The notes below the pieces were generated by a model. The model was not told the origin of the DNA and ran no database searches. It saw only the letters and a program-made list of their open reading frames with translations. The translations under genes were made by a program, and so were the position numbers. DNA of 63,118 nt, the filler included, from Octopus bimaculoides (Eukaryota): NCBI RefSeq assembly GCF_001194135.2. It is 5 parts of 4 records of this genome, joined end to end, with 100 filler letters (N's around TTAATTAATTAA, not from the genome) between each part and the next. Parts side by side here need not be neighbours in the genome. Positions count along the whole stretch, not along the records: positions 46,362 to 63,118 come from NC_068983.1; 4 more parts are not named here. The stretch is one strand, 5' to 3'. This document shows, piece after piece, positions 49,378-63,037 of the stretch; the stretch's first letter is position 1, and each line of letters begins with the position of its first letter.

Positions 49378-50210
49378 CAAACATACATATATATACACTC
49401 ATAAACATGCTTGTGAACGCACACACACGTTTACCCTCACTCACTCTCACTTACACACTCATACGCTCATACACTCGCGCACGCGGTTATATCAACAACA
49501 GTTTCAAGTATGTCGACTGTACGACACCTTCTGCTGGATAAACATGAGACAAGTTTAAACGAAATTCTAGTTATGGAGAAATTAAGCCGATAGTAAGGAG
49601 AAATGAATAAAGACATCCATACAGGTATACACGTATATAAATACATATCTGTATGCGTAGGGACACACACACACACACACACACACATGGATGGATGGCT
49701 GTGTATGCATGTGTGTTTGCATGTATGTATATATAAAGTCTTCATCCAACACGTTTCAACTACCTCTGCCACCACCTCAACTTCTGGCTCTCCGCTCTAT
49801 GACTTCCAGTACAATCATGTCCTTACACCCGACTGTCCAACTATCCTTTTATAAACAAAATTCCTGTAAGGAACCAGATACCTTTCAAGATAATAGTTTG
49901 GCGGGTTTGAGTGATCTGCTTGCATGATTCTCATTTTGACAAGCGTTTCCTGAATATTACATGCTTATTTAAAATGGGCGGAAAATGAAAGGTAAAAGCG
50001 GACATCATGTGTGTGTGTGTGTATGTGTGTGTGTGTGTGTGCGTGTGTGTGCGTGTGTGTGAAAGTGAGAGAGAGAGAGTGTGTGTCAGTGCGTGTGTGT
50101 AAGAGTATATGTTTATGTGAATGTGAAAGTATATATGCTTATCTAAGTGTGTAGACTTCTCATCTTTATGTTTGTGTAAATAAATAAACGGGTATATATA
50201 AATATATAGT

Positions 50211-50244
<34 letters not shown>

Positions 50245-50701
50245 TGTGTGTGTGTATATATATATANNNNNNNNNNNNNNNNNNNNNNNNNNNNNNNNNN
50301 NNNNNNNNNNNNNNNNNNNNNNNNNNNNNNNNNNNNNNNNNNNNNNNNNNNNNNNNNNNNNNNNNNNNNNNNNNNNNNNNNNNNNNNNNNNNNNNNNNNN
50401 NNNNNNNNNNNNNNNNNNNNNNNNNNNNNNNNNNNNNNNNNNNNNNNNNNNNNNNNNNNNNNNNNNNNNNNNNNNNNNNNNNNNNNNNNNNNNNNNNNNN
50501 NNNNNNNNNNNNNNNNNNNNNNNNNNNNNNNNNNNNNNNNNNNNNNNNNNNNNNNNNNNNNNNNNNNNNNNNNNNNNNNNNNNNNNNNNNNNNNNNNNNN
50601 NNNNNNNNNNNNNNNNNNNNNNNNTATATATGTATGTATGTATGTATACACACACACGCATACGCACACAGATATACACACGCACACAAATACACACGCG
50701 C

Positions 50702-50736
<35 letters not shown>

Positions 50737-51060
50737 CACACACACACATATGCGTATATATTGAAAACGTAGTTATCTTTATCTTTATTTCCTGAGGTTT
50801 CTACACAAACATGAGAGGGGAACTGTTAGGTCAACAAGAACAAGTTTTTATAACAAGACAACCAGTCAAAAAGAGCAAAAGGTGAAGTGGACATGTTGTT
50901 GGATATATTTATGGAAGTATGATGACGTTAGTACAAGTAGCGATGACGATGGACTGAGGGTCGAAGTCATTTGTTAACATTAAATATATGTACACATACA
51001 CACATAGTAACACACATGTACATTGTATCTCTACATGCAAATAGACAGACACACAAATAC

Positions 51061-51144
<84 letters not shown>

Positions 51145-52045
51145 TGGCACACAGACACATACACATATATATGCACATACTTATGTGTATACATATATAT
51201 ATATATGCAATATATACATATATATATATATATGTATATATACTAGCCATGATAGATCGCTAGCCACTACACATTCTTTATTTTCTNNNNNNNNNNNNNN
51301 NNNNNNNNNNNNNNNNNNNNNNNNNNNNNNNNNNNNNNNNNNNNNNNNNNNNNNNNNNNNNNNNNNNNNNNNNNNNNNNNNNNNNNNNNNNNNNNNNNNN
51401 NNNNNNNNNNNNNNNNNNNNNNNNNNNNNNNNNNNNNNNNNNNNNNNNNNNNNNNNNNNNNNNNNNNNNNNNNNNNNNNNNNNNNNNNNNNNNNNNNNNN
51501 NNNNNNNNNNNNNNNNNNNNNNNNNNNNNNNNNNNNNNNNNNNNNNNNNNNNNNNNNNNNNNNNNNNNNNNNNNNNNNNNNNNNNNNNNNNNNNNNNNNN
51601 NNNNNNNNNNNNNNNNNNNNNNNNNNNNNNNNNNNNNNNNNNNNNNNNNNNNNNNNNNNNNNNNNNNNNNNNNNNNNNNNNNNNNNNNNNNNNNNNNNNN
51701 NNNNNNNNNNNNNNNNNNNNNNNNNNNNNNNNNNNNNNNNNNNNNNNNNNNNNNNNNNNNNNNNNNNNNNNNNNNNNNNNNNNNNNNNNNNNNNNNNNNN
51801 NNNNNNNNNNNNNNNNNNNNNNNNNNNNNNNNNNNNNNNNNNNNNNNNNNNNNNNNNNNNNNNNNNNNNNNNNNNNNNNNNNNNNNNNNNNNNNNNNNNN
51901 NNNNNNNNNNNNNNNNNNNNNNNNNNNNNNNNNNNNNNNNNNNNNNNNNNNNNNNNNNNNNNNNNNNNNNNNNNNNNNNNNNNNNNNNNNNNNNNNNNNN
52001 NNNNNNNNNNNNNNNNNNNNNNNNNNNNNNNNNNNNNNNNNNNNN

Positions 52046-52116
<71 letters not shown>

Positions 52117-52631
52117 AGTGAGTATGTATTTGCGCTGAATAACACACTACACTTTGTATTATACTTTCATCATTGTATTTTTATTGATTGTAGTTTCATT
52201 TTAATAAATTTAAATGTTTAATACACAAAAAATTTTCGCCTCTCGATGATAAGTAAATGACATTGTTATACCAAACGTTTTTATCTCTCTCCTTGGGTTG
52301 AAAAAATGGAATCGATCTGATTAGTTTCTTATCTTAGAACTTCATCAGAGAAAGAATATCTATCTGCACTGCGCGAGAGATTAGCCGTAACTTATCCGCG
52401 GTTAAACCTTTGTTTTATTCTAATTATTAAAAAAAAAACTATGTATCTCTTTGTCTGCGAATACACTGTTATGCAAATTAGATGAATGTGTTTTTCTGAG
52501 CTCCAGTTTGTTTATATTATAAACAGCTATAAGTTAGTAATATATCGTAAAACAGACGATGAGTAATCTTCCTCTAATAAGGATCTAAGGAGATTAGAAG
52601 CTATTTAGATTGACTACCCTATTTTTTCCCA

Positions 52632-52985
52632 TACTTATTTAAGATCTTCGCTCCGTAGGGATCATAGACTATCGATGACTTTTCTCCGCTGTTCTTGACT
52701 CAAGGCTGTCATTTCTGCTTCTCTCCAGTTCGATCGCTGCTTTTTTTCTGCTCTACTTGAGTATCCCACCTCTCCCTGGAGAGAAGTGTTTCTTCTCCCA
52801 GGTCTTGTTGGATTTGAATTGTCCTCGATGCTTCTGTAACTTACTTTTTCTAAGTAGGGGAAAATGATGACTTCTACCCTTTGACCTGTCTAGTATTGGC
52901 TGCCCTACTAGTAGCTTGCGTTCTACTAGCATATCTCACATGGTCACTGAAGTATGCAAGCCACCACTCCACAACAAGAAATGGA
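52632..52985 (-). mobile_element. Bipartite non-autonomous RTE derivative (5' UTR fused to the ORF 3' end)
   Basis: Minus strand CTTGTTGTGGAGTGGTGGCTTGCATAC..GGTAG-like..GACAGGTCAAAGGG (RTE 5' UTR-like), then NWREAEMTA..RKVIDSL*SLRSEDL and a TAAG-like tail. Confidence 0.55.
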
Positions 52986-53879
52986 TTGTTTCTCTCGTGG
53001 AGATATATAATCTGTTGTGTAAGCAACATTGTTTACTTTTTTATAGTGAGTCTGAAATTGCATGTTTATCAAAAAGTTATACCTGTCATTAGATTTTATT
53101 AAATGCTTTTTTTTTTCATTTGTTTAATTTTGTGTTCACTCTATTTGGTTTAATTTCTTTCATCTTTGACAGTATCTCTGTTGTCTCTAACCACTTGTTT
53201 GTAAGGCCAGCAATGGACAGAGATTTCTCTCTTTTTATAGCAATGAGGTGTTATAATAAAAATATTTTCTATATCTTATGACAATGTTTTCATGGGGAAA
53301 ATATTTTCATTGTTATGTTGCTATATTCACAATAATTTTGATGGCTACGGTTAATACAATACATATCGAAGGAATGATCTATAAAATGGGGTGTGATTGT
53401 ATATTCAAGGTATGTTAGAAATACTCTATTACGTAATTTCTATTTATCAGTACACACATCCTATTTATATCACCTCCAACATCAAAAATCACAATTCATT
53501 AGTAAAAACTATGAAAATCTTATATGCCAAGGGACATTTTTTCTTGAGAAATCTGTGTCTAGAAGAACAGTTTCCAACCAATGGGTTACAGTATAATTGT
53601 GAAAGTATCACGAAGATAGAATCCTTTACTTTTTAAATATTTGACAAAATGTAAAATTCTCGAGGATATGTTATGCAATAAAACATCTGCTTAGGAGTTA
53701 CAATACAGCATTTACAGAAAACAGAAATTGAGAAATATTTCCCCATGAAGAGTGATGCGTGGCAGTTGATCTACAGATCAAACTAAGGTTTCTGTGCTTC
53801 TGGTGGCTTTCGCCATTGCTGATGCTAACAGTCGGTTGTAACTCCTAACACAAATGTTTCTGTTCTTTCTCCATGTTTT

Positions 53880-53919
<40 letters not shown>

Positions 53920-54134
53920 NNNNNNNNNNNNNNNNNNNNNNNNNNNNNNNNNNNNNNNNNNNNNNNNNNNNNNNNNNNNNNNNNNNNNGTGTGTCTGTGT
54001 GTCTGTGTGTCTGTGTGTGTGTGTGTGTGCGTGTGCGTGTGTATGTGTGTGTGTGAAGACGAAATTTGAACTCAGAACGCACTGAACAGGAACAGTTAAT
54101 GTCTGACGCTCTAGCAATTTCACCTATCTATTGC

Positions 54135-54283
54135 TCTGGACTGATACTTTATTTATCGACCCCGAAAGAAAGAAAGAAAGACGAAGTTGACCTCAACAAG
54201 ATTCCAACTCAGAGCGCGGTGAGCCAAAGCAACTTCCACAAAGCACTCTATCCAACGCTTTAACGATTCTACCAGCTCACTGC
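54135..54283 (-). mobile_element. SINE family B
   Basis: TACTTTATTTATCGACCCCGAAAG..TAACGATTCTACCAGCTC. Confidence 0.7.
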
Positions 54284-54549
54284 ATATGTTAAATGTTTCC
54301 CTTCGAAATATTGATTTGCTAAAATAGGTCGAGATGGTAAAAGATTTATGAAATACTGCAAAATGTCTATCCTCAGTTCAAAGTCGACATGTGACATCTC
54401 TGTATCACCGTATATTTACTCTCTGCTATCACAGATTTTAATACCAGCCTTATCCCATCTCCTTAACTGCATCTCATCTTTATCGTAGACATCTCATAAA
54501 CATTGTCCAACTTTTCTAAACCAAGAATGTTAGGAATGGCTGGACAATG

Positions 54550-55420
54550 CCTCACTGACCAGCAGGTACATAAACTATTAGTCTTATTGTGATCATTGAA
54601 CTATCTTAAAGGATTTTGTTACTATTAAAGGTTAATTTAAATCCGACGATGGCATAACACGAAGAGACATTTTCTTATAATTAATAGCCAATCATCCATT
54701 TATTGATGCTTCTAATTAAACGAAAAAGTCATGTGATTGACTCTGTTATAGCCAGCATACATTTTAGCTCTCAATTGTTGTTAACTCTCTAAAAAGCATC
54801 CAGAATAAGATATTGCTCTCACACCTAAAACGGTACTGCTAATCCCAAATAACTGGTATTGAATCGTTCACCAACACACCCCATTCTTTGACTCCTCACT
54901 CTGTTTTTTCTATTGTTACAAAAGTGGCTTCTGCTCCTCAGTACTGGTTTGTCTCTCGCGGCCTCCACACAGTTACAACTGATTCACTCATCTGTCCTTG
55001 CTTTGAATTTTATTTGTAATGCCTCAATCGGCAACTCTTCAAACAAACCATTATTCCCAAACCTACACACTCAGAAATTCAACGCCCTGAAATTCCATAC
55101 TGACGTATGAGTGTGCTTGAAGCTATCCATTTGCAGTTGTTCAAAAACATCAACGGTGTCGATATCAAAGACTCTAGAGAGCTTGTGAAGGCTAAGGGCA
55201 CAACCCTTTCCTCCAGACTAGACCATTAAAAAGTATAACAGACTTGTGATCTCAGTATATTACAGGAAATATTTGTGTAACATATATTACATAATATATG
55301 CTGCATAACAAGTATTATGTAACGTACCTTAACCTTGATTATATTAGTCCTTCAGATATTACAGAGCGATAAATATACTTGGAATTCGTCGCTACCTGGT
55401 ATTACAGTGTTTCATCGTAT
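54550..55420 (+). mobile_element. Possible very old CR1/L2-group LINE 3' region
   Basis: Only patchy similarity (e.g. TWNSSLPGITVF near 55380). Confidence 0.3.
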
Positions 55421-56224
55421 TATCAACCCAACAAGGACACCTTTACCTAGCCACTGGACCTGTCTGAAACAGCAGTCAAATCCCCCTCAAATCACACCCT
55501 ATTTTCTGAAAAAAGGAAGGATACATTGACTGATATAAGTTCTAGGTATAATCCTTCAACTATAGAAGTATGCTCAACTAGACTAGACTGATCTGAGAGT
55601 AAGCTGAACCTAAAATATGTCATTCAGGCGACTCAAACAGGGAACCTTTATGTAATTTCTCGAGTTGTTAGTAATAGCAACCAAGCTGCTTATCTTAAAA
55701 AGAACGCATTAGGTGACACAGTCCTAGATATAGAAGAAAACAGGTTGAACCCTTCTGATTATAGGTCTGATGGAATCGGAGCTGATCAAGGTTTAAATAG
55801 CAACAGCTAGTGACAGCAAAAAATACTATAGTGTGTGCTACACAGCTTTCTAGCCTTATCTTTCTAACGTTATCGGTTCGTTTCTTAACTCTTTCCACTA
55901 TTTTTTTTTTCTGTATTTAACACAACTCTTATAATAATTTATAATTTTGGAACAGAACTACATATGTTGGGAGAGGTCACAGTCGATCGAATCGACCCTG
56001 ATGTTTTATTGTTGTTCTTTTTATCAGCCCTCCCCTCAATAAGGAAAAACAAAATCAACGGCGGTGGATTTGAGCCCAAAAGGCAAGAAAGCAAGGTTTA
56101 CTGAGTCAGGCATCCATCTCCTTCGCAAAAGTTATGATAATTATAATATTGATCTGTTGCATAAGCATAATGCATCAAATTTAATGTCAAGTGAATAATC
56201 TGTTATTTCAATCTCTCTACTGGA

Positions 56225-56366
56225 CTTGTGCTTTATTATATCCATCACGAAATGCTGGTAGGCAAAGTTGACTTCGACCGGATTTGAACTCAGAAAGTTA
56301 AGAACCGGAACAAATACCCCCAAAGCATTTTCCCAGCTATCTAATGATTCTGCCAACTCGCCGCTT
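56225..56366 (-). mobile_element. SINE family B, 5' part
   Basis: GGCAAAGTTGACTTCGACCGGATTTGAACTCAG..ATGATTCTGCCAACTCGCCGC. Confidence 0.75.
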
Positions 56367-56379
56367 AATAATAATAATA

Positions 56380-56429
<50 letters not shown>

Positions 56430-56438
56430 TATTATTAC

Positions 56439-56469
<31 letters not shown>

Positions 56470-56472
<3 letters not shown>

Positions 56473-56994
56473 TAGTTTTATTTTTATAACGTGCTTTCAC
56501 TTCACTACNNNNNNNNNNNNNNNNNNNNNNNNNNNNNNNNNNNNNNNNNNNNNNNNNNNNNNNNNNNNNNNNNNNNNNNNNNNNNNNNNNNNNNNNNNNN
56601 NNNNNNNNNNNNNNNNNNNNNNNNNNNNNNNNNNNNNNNNNNNNNNNNNNNNNNNNNNNNNNNNNNNNNNNNNNNNNNNNNNNNNNNNNNNNNNNNNNNN
56701 NNNNNNNNNNNNNNNNNNNNNNNNNNNNNNNNNNNNNNNNNNNNNNNNNNNNNNNNNNNNNNNNNNNNNNNNNNNNNNNNNNNNNNNNNNNNNNNNNNNN
56801 NNNNNNNNNNNNNNNNNNNNNNNNNNNNNNNNNNNNNNNNNNNNNNNNNNNNNNNNNNNNNNNNNNNNNNNNCTGTAGCACTGTCTGCCATTTGTTCATT
56901 GAGTGCTCTATGTATTTTATGATAATTGGTGCCACCTTGTTTATGGCTAGTGTTTCCAGAATCCACGTGTGGGGAACACTGTCGAAAGCCTTTT

Positions 56995-56996
<2 letters not shown>
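56470..56996 (-). mobile_element. 5'-truncated R4/Dong-like LINE inserted in an (AAT)n tract
   Basis: KAFDSVPHTWILETLAINKVAPIIIKYIEHSMNKWQTVL (RT) directly abuts (AAT)n; a 3' end ..AAAATAAAACTACTG(AAT)n lies on the far side of the gap. Confidence 0.75.
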
Positions 56997-57082
<86 letters not shown>

Positions 57083-57791
57083 TGCTATTATTGTTGTTGT
57101 CGTCGTCGTCATCGTCGTTCATCGTTCTTGTTCTTGTGTTTGCTGTCGCTGTTTTTGTGGCTCCTTTGGTTTCTTTCATCGCTGTTCATTCGATTTTTAC
57201 AATGGAATTTTACTTCTGACAAACAAAAACAGCAGATTGTATTGACATTCTTTTCTCGAAGTTCTACGAAGATGGCGCAAGTCAGTTCTGCTGACACATG
57301 AAGATATTAGCAATATGTCGGCAATGGTTTACAATGACTTTGAGAGATCATTAAATAGCATTTATCTGTCATGTATACTTCACTTCGGACCTTGTGATCG
57401 CTTAAAGTTAGACAATATATTAATTGAATTAATTTTTCCAGCTGCCTATAATGTCTCTAAACCCCTTTTGCTGGACGGTTTTATTCCTGACGTAGACAAT
57501 TTATGAATAAATTTTAATTGAAATGTCAAATCTATCCTCCGATTCAGATCATTCATTTATCCATTTCTTTTCCATCACTAGCAAGCGCTTTATTATTTTC
57601 CTTCTACACATATATATATTTACATGTATGCATAAATATATGCATTATTCTATATGATATATATACTTATAATATATGTACGTATATAAGTAATTTTATA
57701 TACGTACATACATTAAAATATATGTGTATAATTGTGAAATTTTGTGTACAGAATATGTGTATATGTAATAAATTATGGGCAAGTTGTTATT

Positions 57792-58010
57792 CAAGAGCTG
57801 GCAGAATTGTTAGCCACGCTGGACAAAATGCTTAGCGGTATTTCGCCCACCGCTACGTTCTGAGTTCGAATTCCACCAACGTCAACTTTAACTTTCATCC
57901 TTTCGGGGTTGATAAAATAAATACCAGTTGAACACTGGGTCGATGTAATCGATTCCTCTCTTCCCACAAAGTTTCTGTCCTTGTGGTAAAATTATTATTA
58001 TTATTATTAT
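57792..58010 (+). mobile_element. SINE family B with (ATT)n tail
   Basis: GAGCTGGCAGAATTGTTAGC..TTTCATCCTTTCGGGGTTGATAAAAT. Confidence 0.82.
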
Positions 58011-58244
58011 TGTATTTGTGTTTTGAAGCATGCGAATATCTGTTAAAACAGCTCCAAGAAAATTGAAGTATTACCAAATAATTTGCAAGATATCATCTTT
58101 TTCTCTTTCTTTTTTTTTTTAAACTGGAGACTTCGAAATTTTTAACGTTCATTCCAATACCTAGAGGGGATAAAAAGAACTATCTTTTAGATTTCTTTCT
58201 CTTTTTGATATTTTCTTTATCGGAACATTTTCTTGTGTTTAAAG

Positions 58245-58365
58245 TCTTTACCTTTAAACCTTCTAGGTTCGATAAAATAAAGTACCAGTCATGTATTTGG
58301 GTCGATATAATCGCCTATACCCGTCCCCTGCTCCAAATTTCTGACGTTGTGTATATGTTTGAAAC
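58245..58365 (+). mobile_element. SINE family B, 3' fragment
   Basis: CGATAAAATAAAGTACCAGT..GGGTCGATATAATCG. Confidence 0.6.
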
Positions 58366-58681
58366 AAGAGCGGCGGGTTGTCAGTATGATTAGAGTGTCG
58401 GAAAAAAGTTTTGGGCTTCTTCAATAAGAGGAGTAATGAGAGATGTTAATGAGAAAAGTAGAACTAAGAACGGCCCACCGAAGGAGATGAATGAATAATT
58501 TCCGAATAAACAAAAAAATTAATTTTAAAAAAGCATCAAGTCAACAAAGATAAAGGGAATAAGATGAAAAGAAAACAAATTGTGACAGTCGCACGTAAAT
58601 GCAATCACAATGTAACACTAGAAAACGCTCACTGGTGCGATGTAAACTTTTATTTATTTATTTATTTATTTAGGTATTTAA

Positions 58682-58882
58682 GACGGCAAGTTGACAGAAT
58701 CGTTAGCACGGCGGGCAAAATGCTTAGCGACATTTCGTCCGTCTTTACGTTCTGAGTTCAAATTCCGCCGAGGTTTACTTTGCCTTTCATTCTTTCGGGA
58801 TCGATGAAATAAGTACCATTTGAGTGCTGCAGTCGATCGACTAGTTGTCCCCTCCAAAATTTGTGTTTATGGTAGAAAGAAA
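58682..58882 (+). mobile_element. SINE family B
   Basis: GACGGCAAGTTGACAGAATCGTTAGCACG..TTTGCCTTTCATTCTTTCGGG. Confidence 0.82.
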
Positions 58883-58945
58883 CATTTCAGGCATTCAGTT
58901 CGCGTGAGTATGAGCCATACAAGAGCATGCCTTTTAACAACAACA

Positions 58946-59341
58946 GTGGAGGCGCAATGGCCCAGTGGTTAGGGCGGTGGACTTGTGGTCATAGGATCAA
59001 GGTTTCGATTCTCAGACCGGGCGTTGTGAGTGTTTATTGAGTGAAAACACCTAAAGCTCCACGAGGCTCCGGCAGGGGATGGTGGTGAACCCTGCTGTAC
59101 TCTTTCACCACAACTTTCTCTCACTCTTACTTCCTGTTTCTGTTGTGCCTGTAATTCAAAGGGTCAGCCTTGTCACATTGTGTCACGCTGAATATCCCCG
59201 AGAACTACGTTAAGGGTACACGTGTCTGTTGAGTGCTCAGCCACTTGCACGTTAATTTCACGAGCAGGCTGTTCCGTTGATCGGATCAACTGAAACCCTC
59301 GACGTCGTAAGCGACGGAGTGCCAACAATTACAACAACAAC
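58946..59341 (+). mobile_element. tRNA-derived SINE family E, full length, young-looking, (AAC)n tail
   Basis: A box TGGCCCAGTGG, B-box-like GGTTTCGATTCTC, ~330-bp body, flanked by ACAACAACA on both sides. Confidence 0.82.
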
Positions 59342-60848
59342 GCCAAATTATACGACATTAATAATTCTAACAATTGCTTTGCAAACATTACAAACCAATT
59401 GGGTTGGAGTTTAGATATGAGTCAAGTCTACAAAGAGAGAGAGACGTGGAAAAAGCATATCATAACAAATTGTTCTTTCATGTTTGAGGAATGGAAGTGT
59501 GGAGAAATTTAAGTTGCATAGAGATACTTTCGGAACATTTTTTTTTTTTCAGAATCTCTTTTTGAACCGATTTCAAACCTACTTTGTGGACGTTGAGATT
59601 GCTTGGCTTTGGATGCTTCTTACGTAATATACATCTACGTTTTGCGCTGGATTATACATTGTTAGTTCGACTATGTTATAGCTTGACAAAATCGTTGGCT
59701 TCATCTTCACATAGTTGATTAGTTCCTTGTTATTAGTGAAGGAAACATCCTGGCCATATATAGTATCATTTGCTCTATTAACCTGATTTTAATGAGATCA
59801 ACAAACGATTCTGCTTGATTATGACATGATTATTTTGCCTTCACGCCATTAATATTGGGGAGATTGAAGTAGCCCAACAGATGTGCATTAATGCGTTGAT
59901 CTGATTTCGTTGGTACTTCTTTTATCGTTCTAAGGCTTCAATCAAATTTACTATCATGATTTGAGGCGTCAGATGGACGATATGATGTGCATTTTGCCAC
60001 ACATCGGGTGGTTTCATATGTACCCTTAGTGTGCCACAGACCGAGTTTGAACCTGACAACAGGATTAAGGGTGAAACATTTTTGCGGTTGTACATAGCCA
60101 CTCTACCATAACTTCATTCTTTCCTTTCAGTCTGTGTGAAACATACTTTTGCATGTGTATCTCTACATCAGTTATGTCTGTAGATACATGCATTTCTGTG
60201 AGTGTTATGCATATTGCTTGCTTGATTTTTTTTCATCCAGCTATGAGACTAAACTTATATTATATAAGTACTTTTTTTTTCAATATTTTTTTCATTCTAA
60301 TATTGAAAAGTTCTTCAGCTGTGAGACTAAATCTTATATATAAATGACAATTTCTGTCTGTTACCATCATACTGCCTAAACCAGCGAACCAATATTCACC
60401 AAACGTTGCATAGATGTCACACTAACATCCAGTTCAATAATAGGTTAATTGGATTTCAATAAAAATCTATAATGTTCCCGCTAGTGGGGTTGAGCGAATT
60501 TTATGATAAAATGACAAGGATGCAAAAAGTATTAGTCTCAGGGAAATGTAGTAGCAGAGTGAGGGTGACTGAAATCAGTGAAGGGAAGAACAAAGTTATG
60601 TAAGTGACAAATATGGGGTGACATCGGGTTGATAATGTTAATACAGCTGTCATATACACGCGACGCTGCATACATACTTTCGGAGATACACACACACAAG
60701 TAACTTTTAAAACGCTGAGGAAGGGACGTAAAGAAACGCTCACACACAGACACACACACACACACATACATCCGTACGTACGTACATACATACATACATA
60801 CAGACATACAGACAGACATATATACGTACGTGTACTATACGTTTGTAA

Positions 60849-60887
<39 letters not shown>

Positions 60888-61460
60888 ACGTTCTATAACT
60901 GTCTGTCTCTACTTTTGTAGGGTCTTCCCTGGTACTGTCCCATATTGTGATATTTTAAAATTACGTCAAAATTTTCAAATTTGGTGTATTGGAATAATTC
61001 ACGTTAAATCCGCAGAAAAATGTTACTGAGGTTTAAAGTTTAATCAATTGTACTTAACCAGAAAACAAGATCTGGAAGCTGGCATTTTCTGCATGATAGT
61101 TGTCAATCACAAAATGAAAAACAAAATCATTAGGAGGAGGAATTTTTATTAAACAAACGAAAGCAAAGCATTACGACAACCAAAGTTGTAAGAACTTCTG
61201 AAGTTTTAATAAGTTTTAATGAATAAAACCATGTGAAACGGTCGAACAGACATGTAAATAATTTTAAAAGGAAAACAATCCTCGACGGAGTTTTGTTGCG
61301 AAAAATTGCACAAATCTGTCCTGATCAAGAGGCCTATCTGTGAGAGAAGGCATTGTCTGACATGGAATAAACGAAACTTTATATAAGATATTCTGTTGTA
61401 AAAATTGCCTGGCAACGATAGGCTATTCAACTAGTTTATTATATATTAATGGCATACATA

Positions 61461-61523
<63 letters not shown>

Positions 61524-61829
61524 TAAGTAAATATATATATATACGACATAAACACACAAACACACACGCACGCATACATACATACATACATACATACATA
61601 CATACATACATACATACATACATACATAGTAGTGATGGCACAGATGTGTGTGTGTGCGTGCGTGCGTGTGTGTGTGTGTGTGTGTGTGNNNNNNNNNNNN
61701 NNNNNNNNNNNNNNNNNNNNNNNNNNNNNNNNNNNNNNNNNNNNNNNNNNNNNNNNNNNNNNNNNNNNNNNNNNNNNNNNNNNNNNNNNNNNNNNNNNNN
61801 NNNNNNNNNNNNNNNNNNNNNNNNNNNNC

Positions 61830-61960
61830 AGTATAACCGAATGGTTAGGAATTTTGCTTCGAATATGTGAGGTCTCAAATTTGATCCTACTGCATGGTAC
61901 CTTGGGTAAATGCTATTTTCTATACCTTCTGAATGAAACTGCATAGACGGAATCTGTAAA
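61830..61960 (+). mobile_element. SINE family A head, degraded
   Basis: CTGCATGGTACCTTGGGTAAATG. Confidence 0.5.
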
Positions 61961-62432
61961 GAAACCCATCAAGAAGATTTATCTGTCGTTCAAAAAGAGA
62001 ATATTGTCGCATACAGTGTGACGCTGATTTTCCTGAAAAATACGTGAAGTGTACACATGTTTGTGAAATGCTCAGCCATTACAGTTCAGACATGTAATTT
62101 AGTTTATCGAATAACCGAACACACGTTGTTGAACGACGGTGATGCTTCCCCGCCATCACTATGTTTGCATGCATACATATGCATTGTATTTTCCGGTGTG
62201 TAAGACGTGCTCTCACATTAAAATAACTCCTACGTTTTTGTGGAAGTAAAAGTATATTTTGTGGTTAAAAAAAAAAAGGAAACGAAGTTAATATGTTTCA
62301 TCATACACTCATACACTTGGCATAGCATCCAAGTCGCATTAGACACATGGCAATTTTTGTTACATTTAAGAATAATAGAAAAAAACACGTCGTATACACT
62401 GGATATACAGTATATACCGAGTTCAGCATATA

Positions 62433-62559
62433 CAGGGTGTCCACAAGGTCTGGGTACATGGAGTAAATAAAATCATAACATAAACAATTAAATATAAGAA
62501 ATAATAATTTCTTAAAGTATATGTTAATTCCCATGTACCCAGACTTTGTGGACACACTG
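62433..62559. mobile_element. Tc1/mariner MITE, 127 bp
   Basis: 29-bp TIR CAGGGTGTCCACAAGGTCTGGGTACATGG (27/29 match); TA on both sides. Confidence 0.9.
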
Positions 62560-62892
62560 TACATTTACCCATTGTTTAAACGTAATAATTTATCCATTAT
62601 TCAGACATAAAAGTAAAACATTCTTAGCAAAAATAGTTACAAATGTTGCATAATGCTTCCTAACATTCTTTTCTTCTATTGTTTATCATTCGTTAAATAT
62701 TGGTGGCTCATACAAAACGTCAACAAATTGTAGAATTGAAAATGGCTGGTGTAAAAATATTGTGAGGTGATAAAACGGCTGAGAAAAATTAAGCGCTATG
62801 GTGAAAGCAATGAGTAGCTATTTTGCATTGTAAATACATGTAAAATATTGGTTTCAAATTTTGGCACAGAGCTAGCAATGCCGAGCTCAGTG

Positions 62893-63035
62893 CTTGACTA
62901 GAACTTATTTCATAGACCACGAAAAGACGAAAGGCAAAGCAAACCTCGGCGGAATTTGAACTTACAGCGTAAAGACGGATGAAATACCTCTAAGTATTTT
63001 ACTCGGCGTGCTAATGATTCTGCCAGCTCGCCACC

Positions 63036-63037
<2 letters not shown>
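62893..63037 (-). mobile_element. SINE family B, 5' part
   Basis: AAAGGCAAAGCAAACCTCGGCGGAATTTGAAC..ATGATTCTGCCAGCTCGCCACC. Confidence 0.8.

Noticed and set aside
52310-52350. Further hammerhead motif on the minus strand (CTGATGAAGTTCTAAGATAAGAAAC)
   Set aside because: Stem II and stem I pairing could not be completed.
29165-59020. tRNA genes at 29165, 35394 and 58946
   Set aside because: They have A/B boxes but no complete cloverleaf, and each continues into a SINE body and simple-repeat tail.
647-61946. Many long ORFs in the track (poly-X, CVCV, THTH, YIYI, poly-I/L/N/Y)
   Set aside because: They are translations of N gaps and microsatellites.
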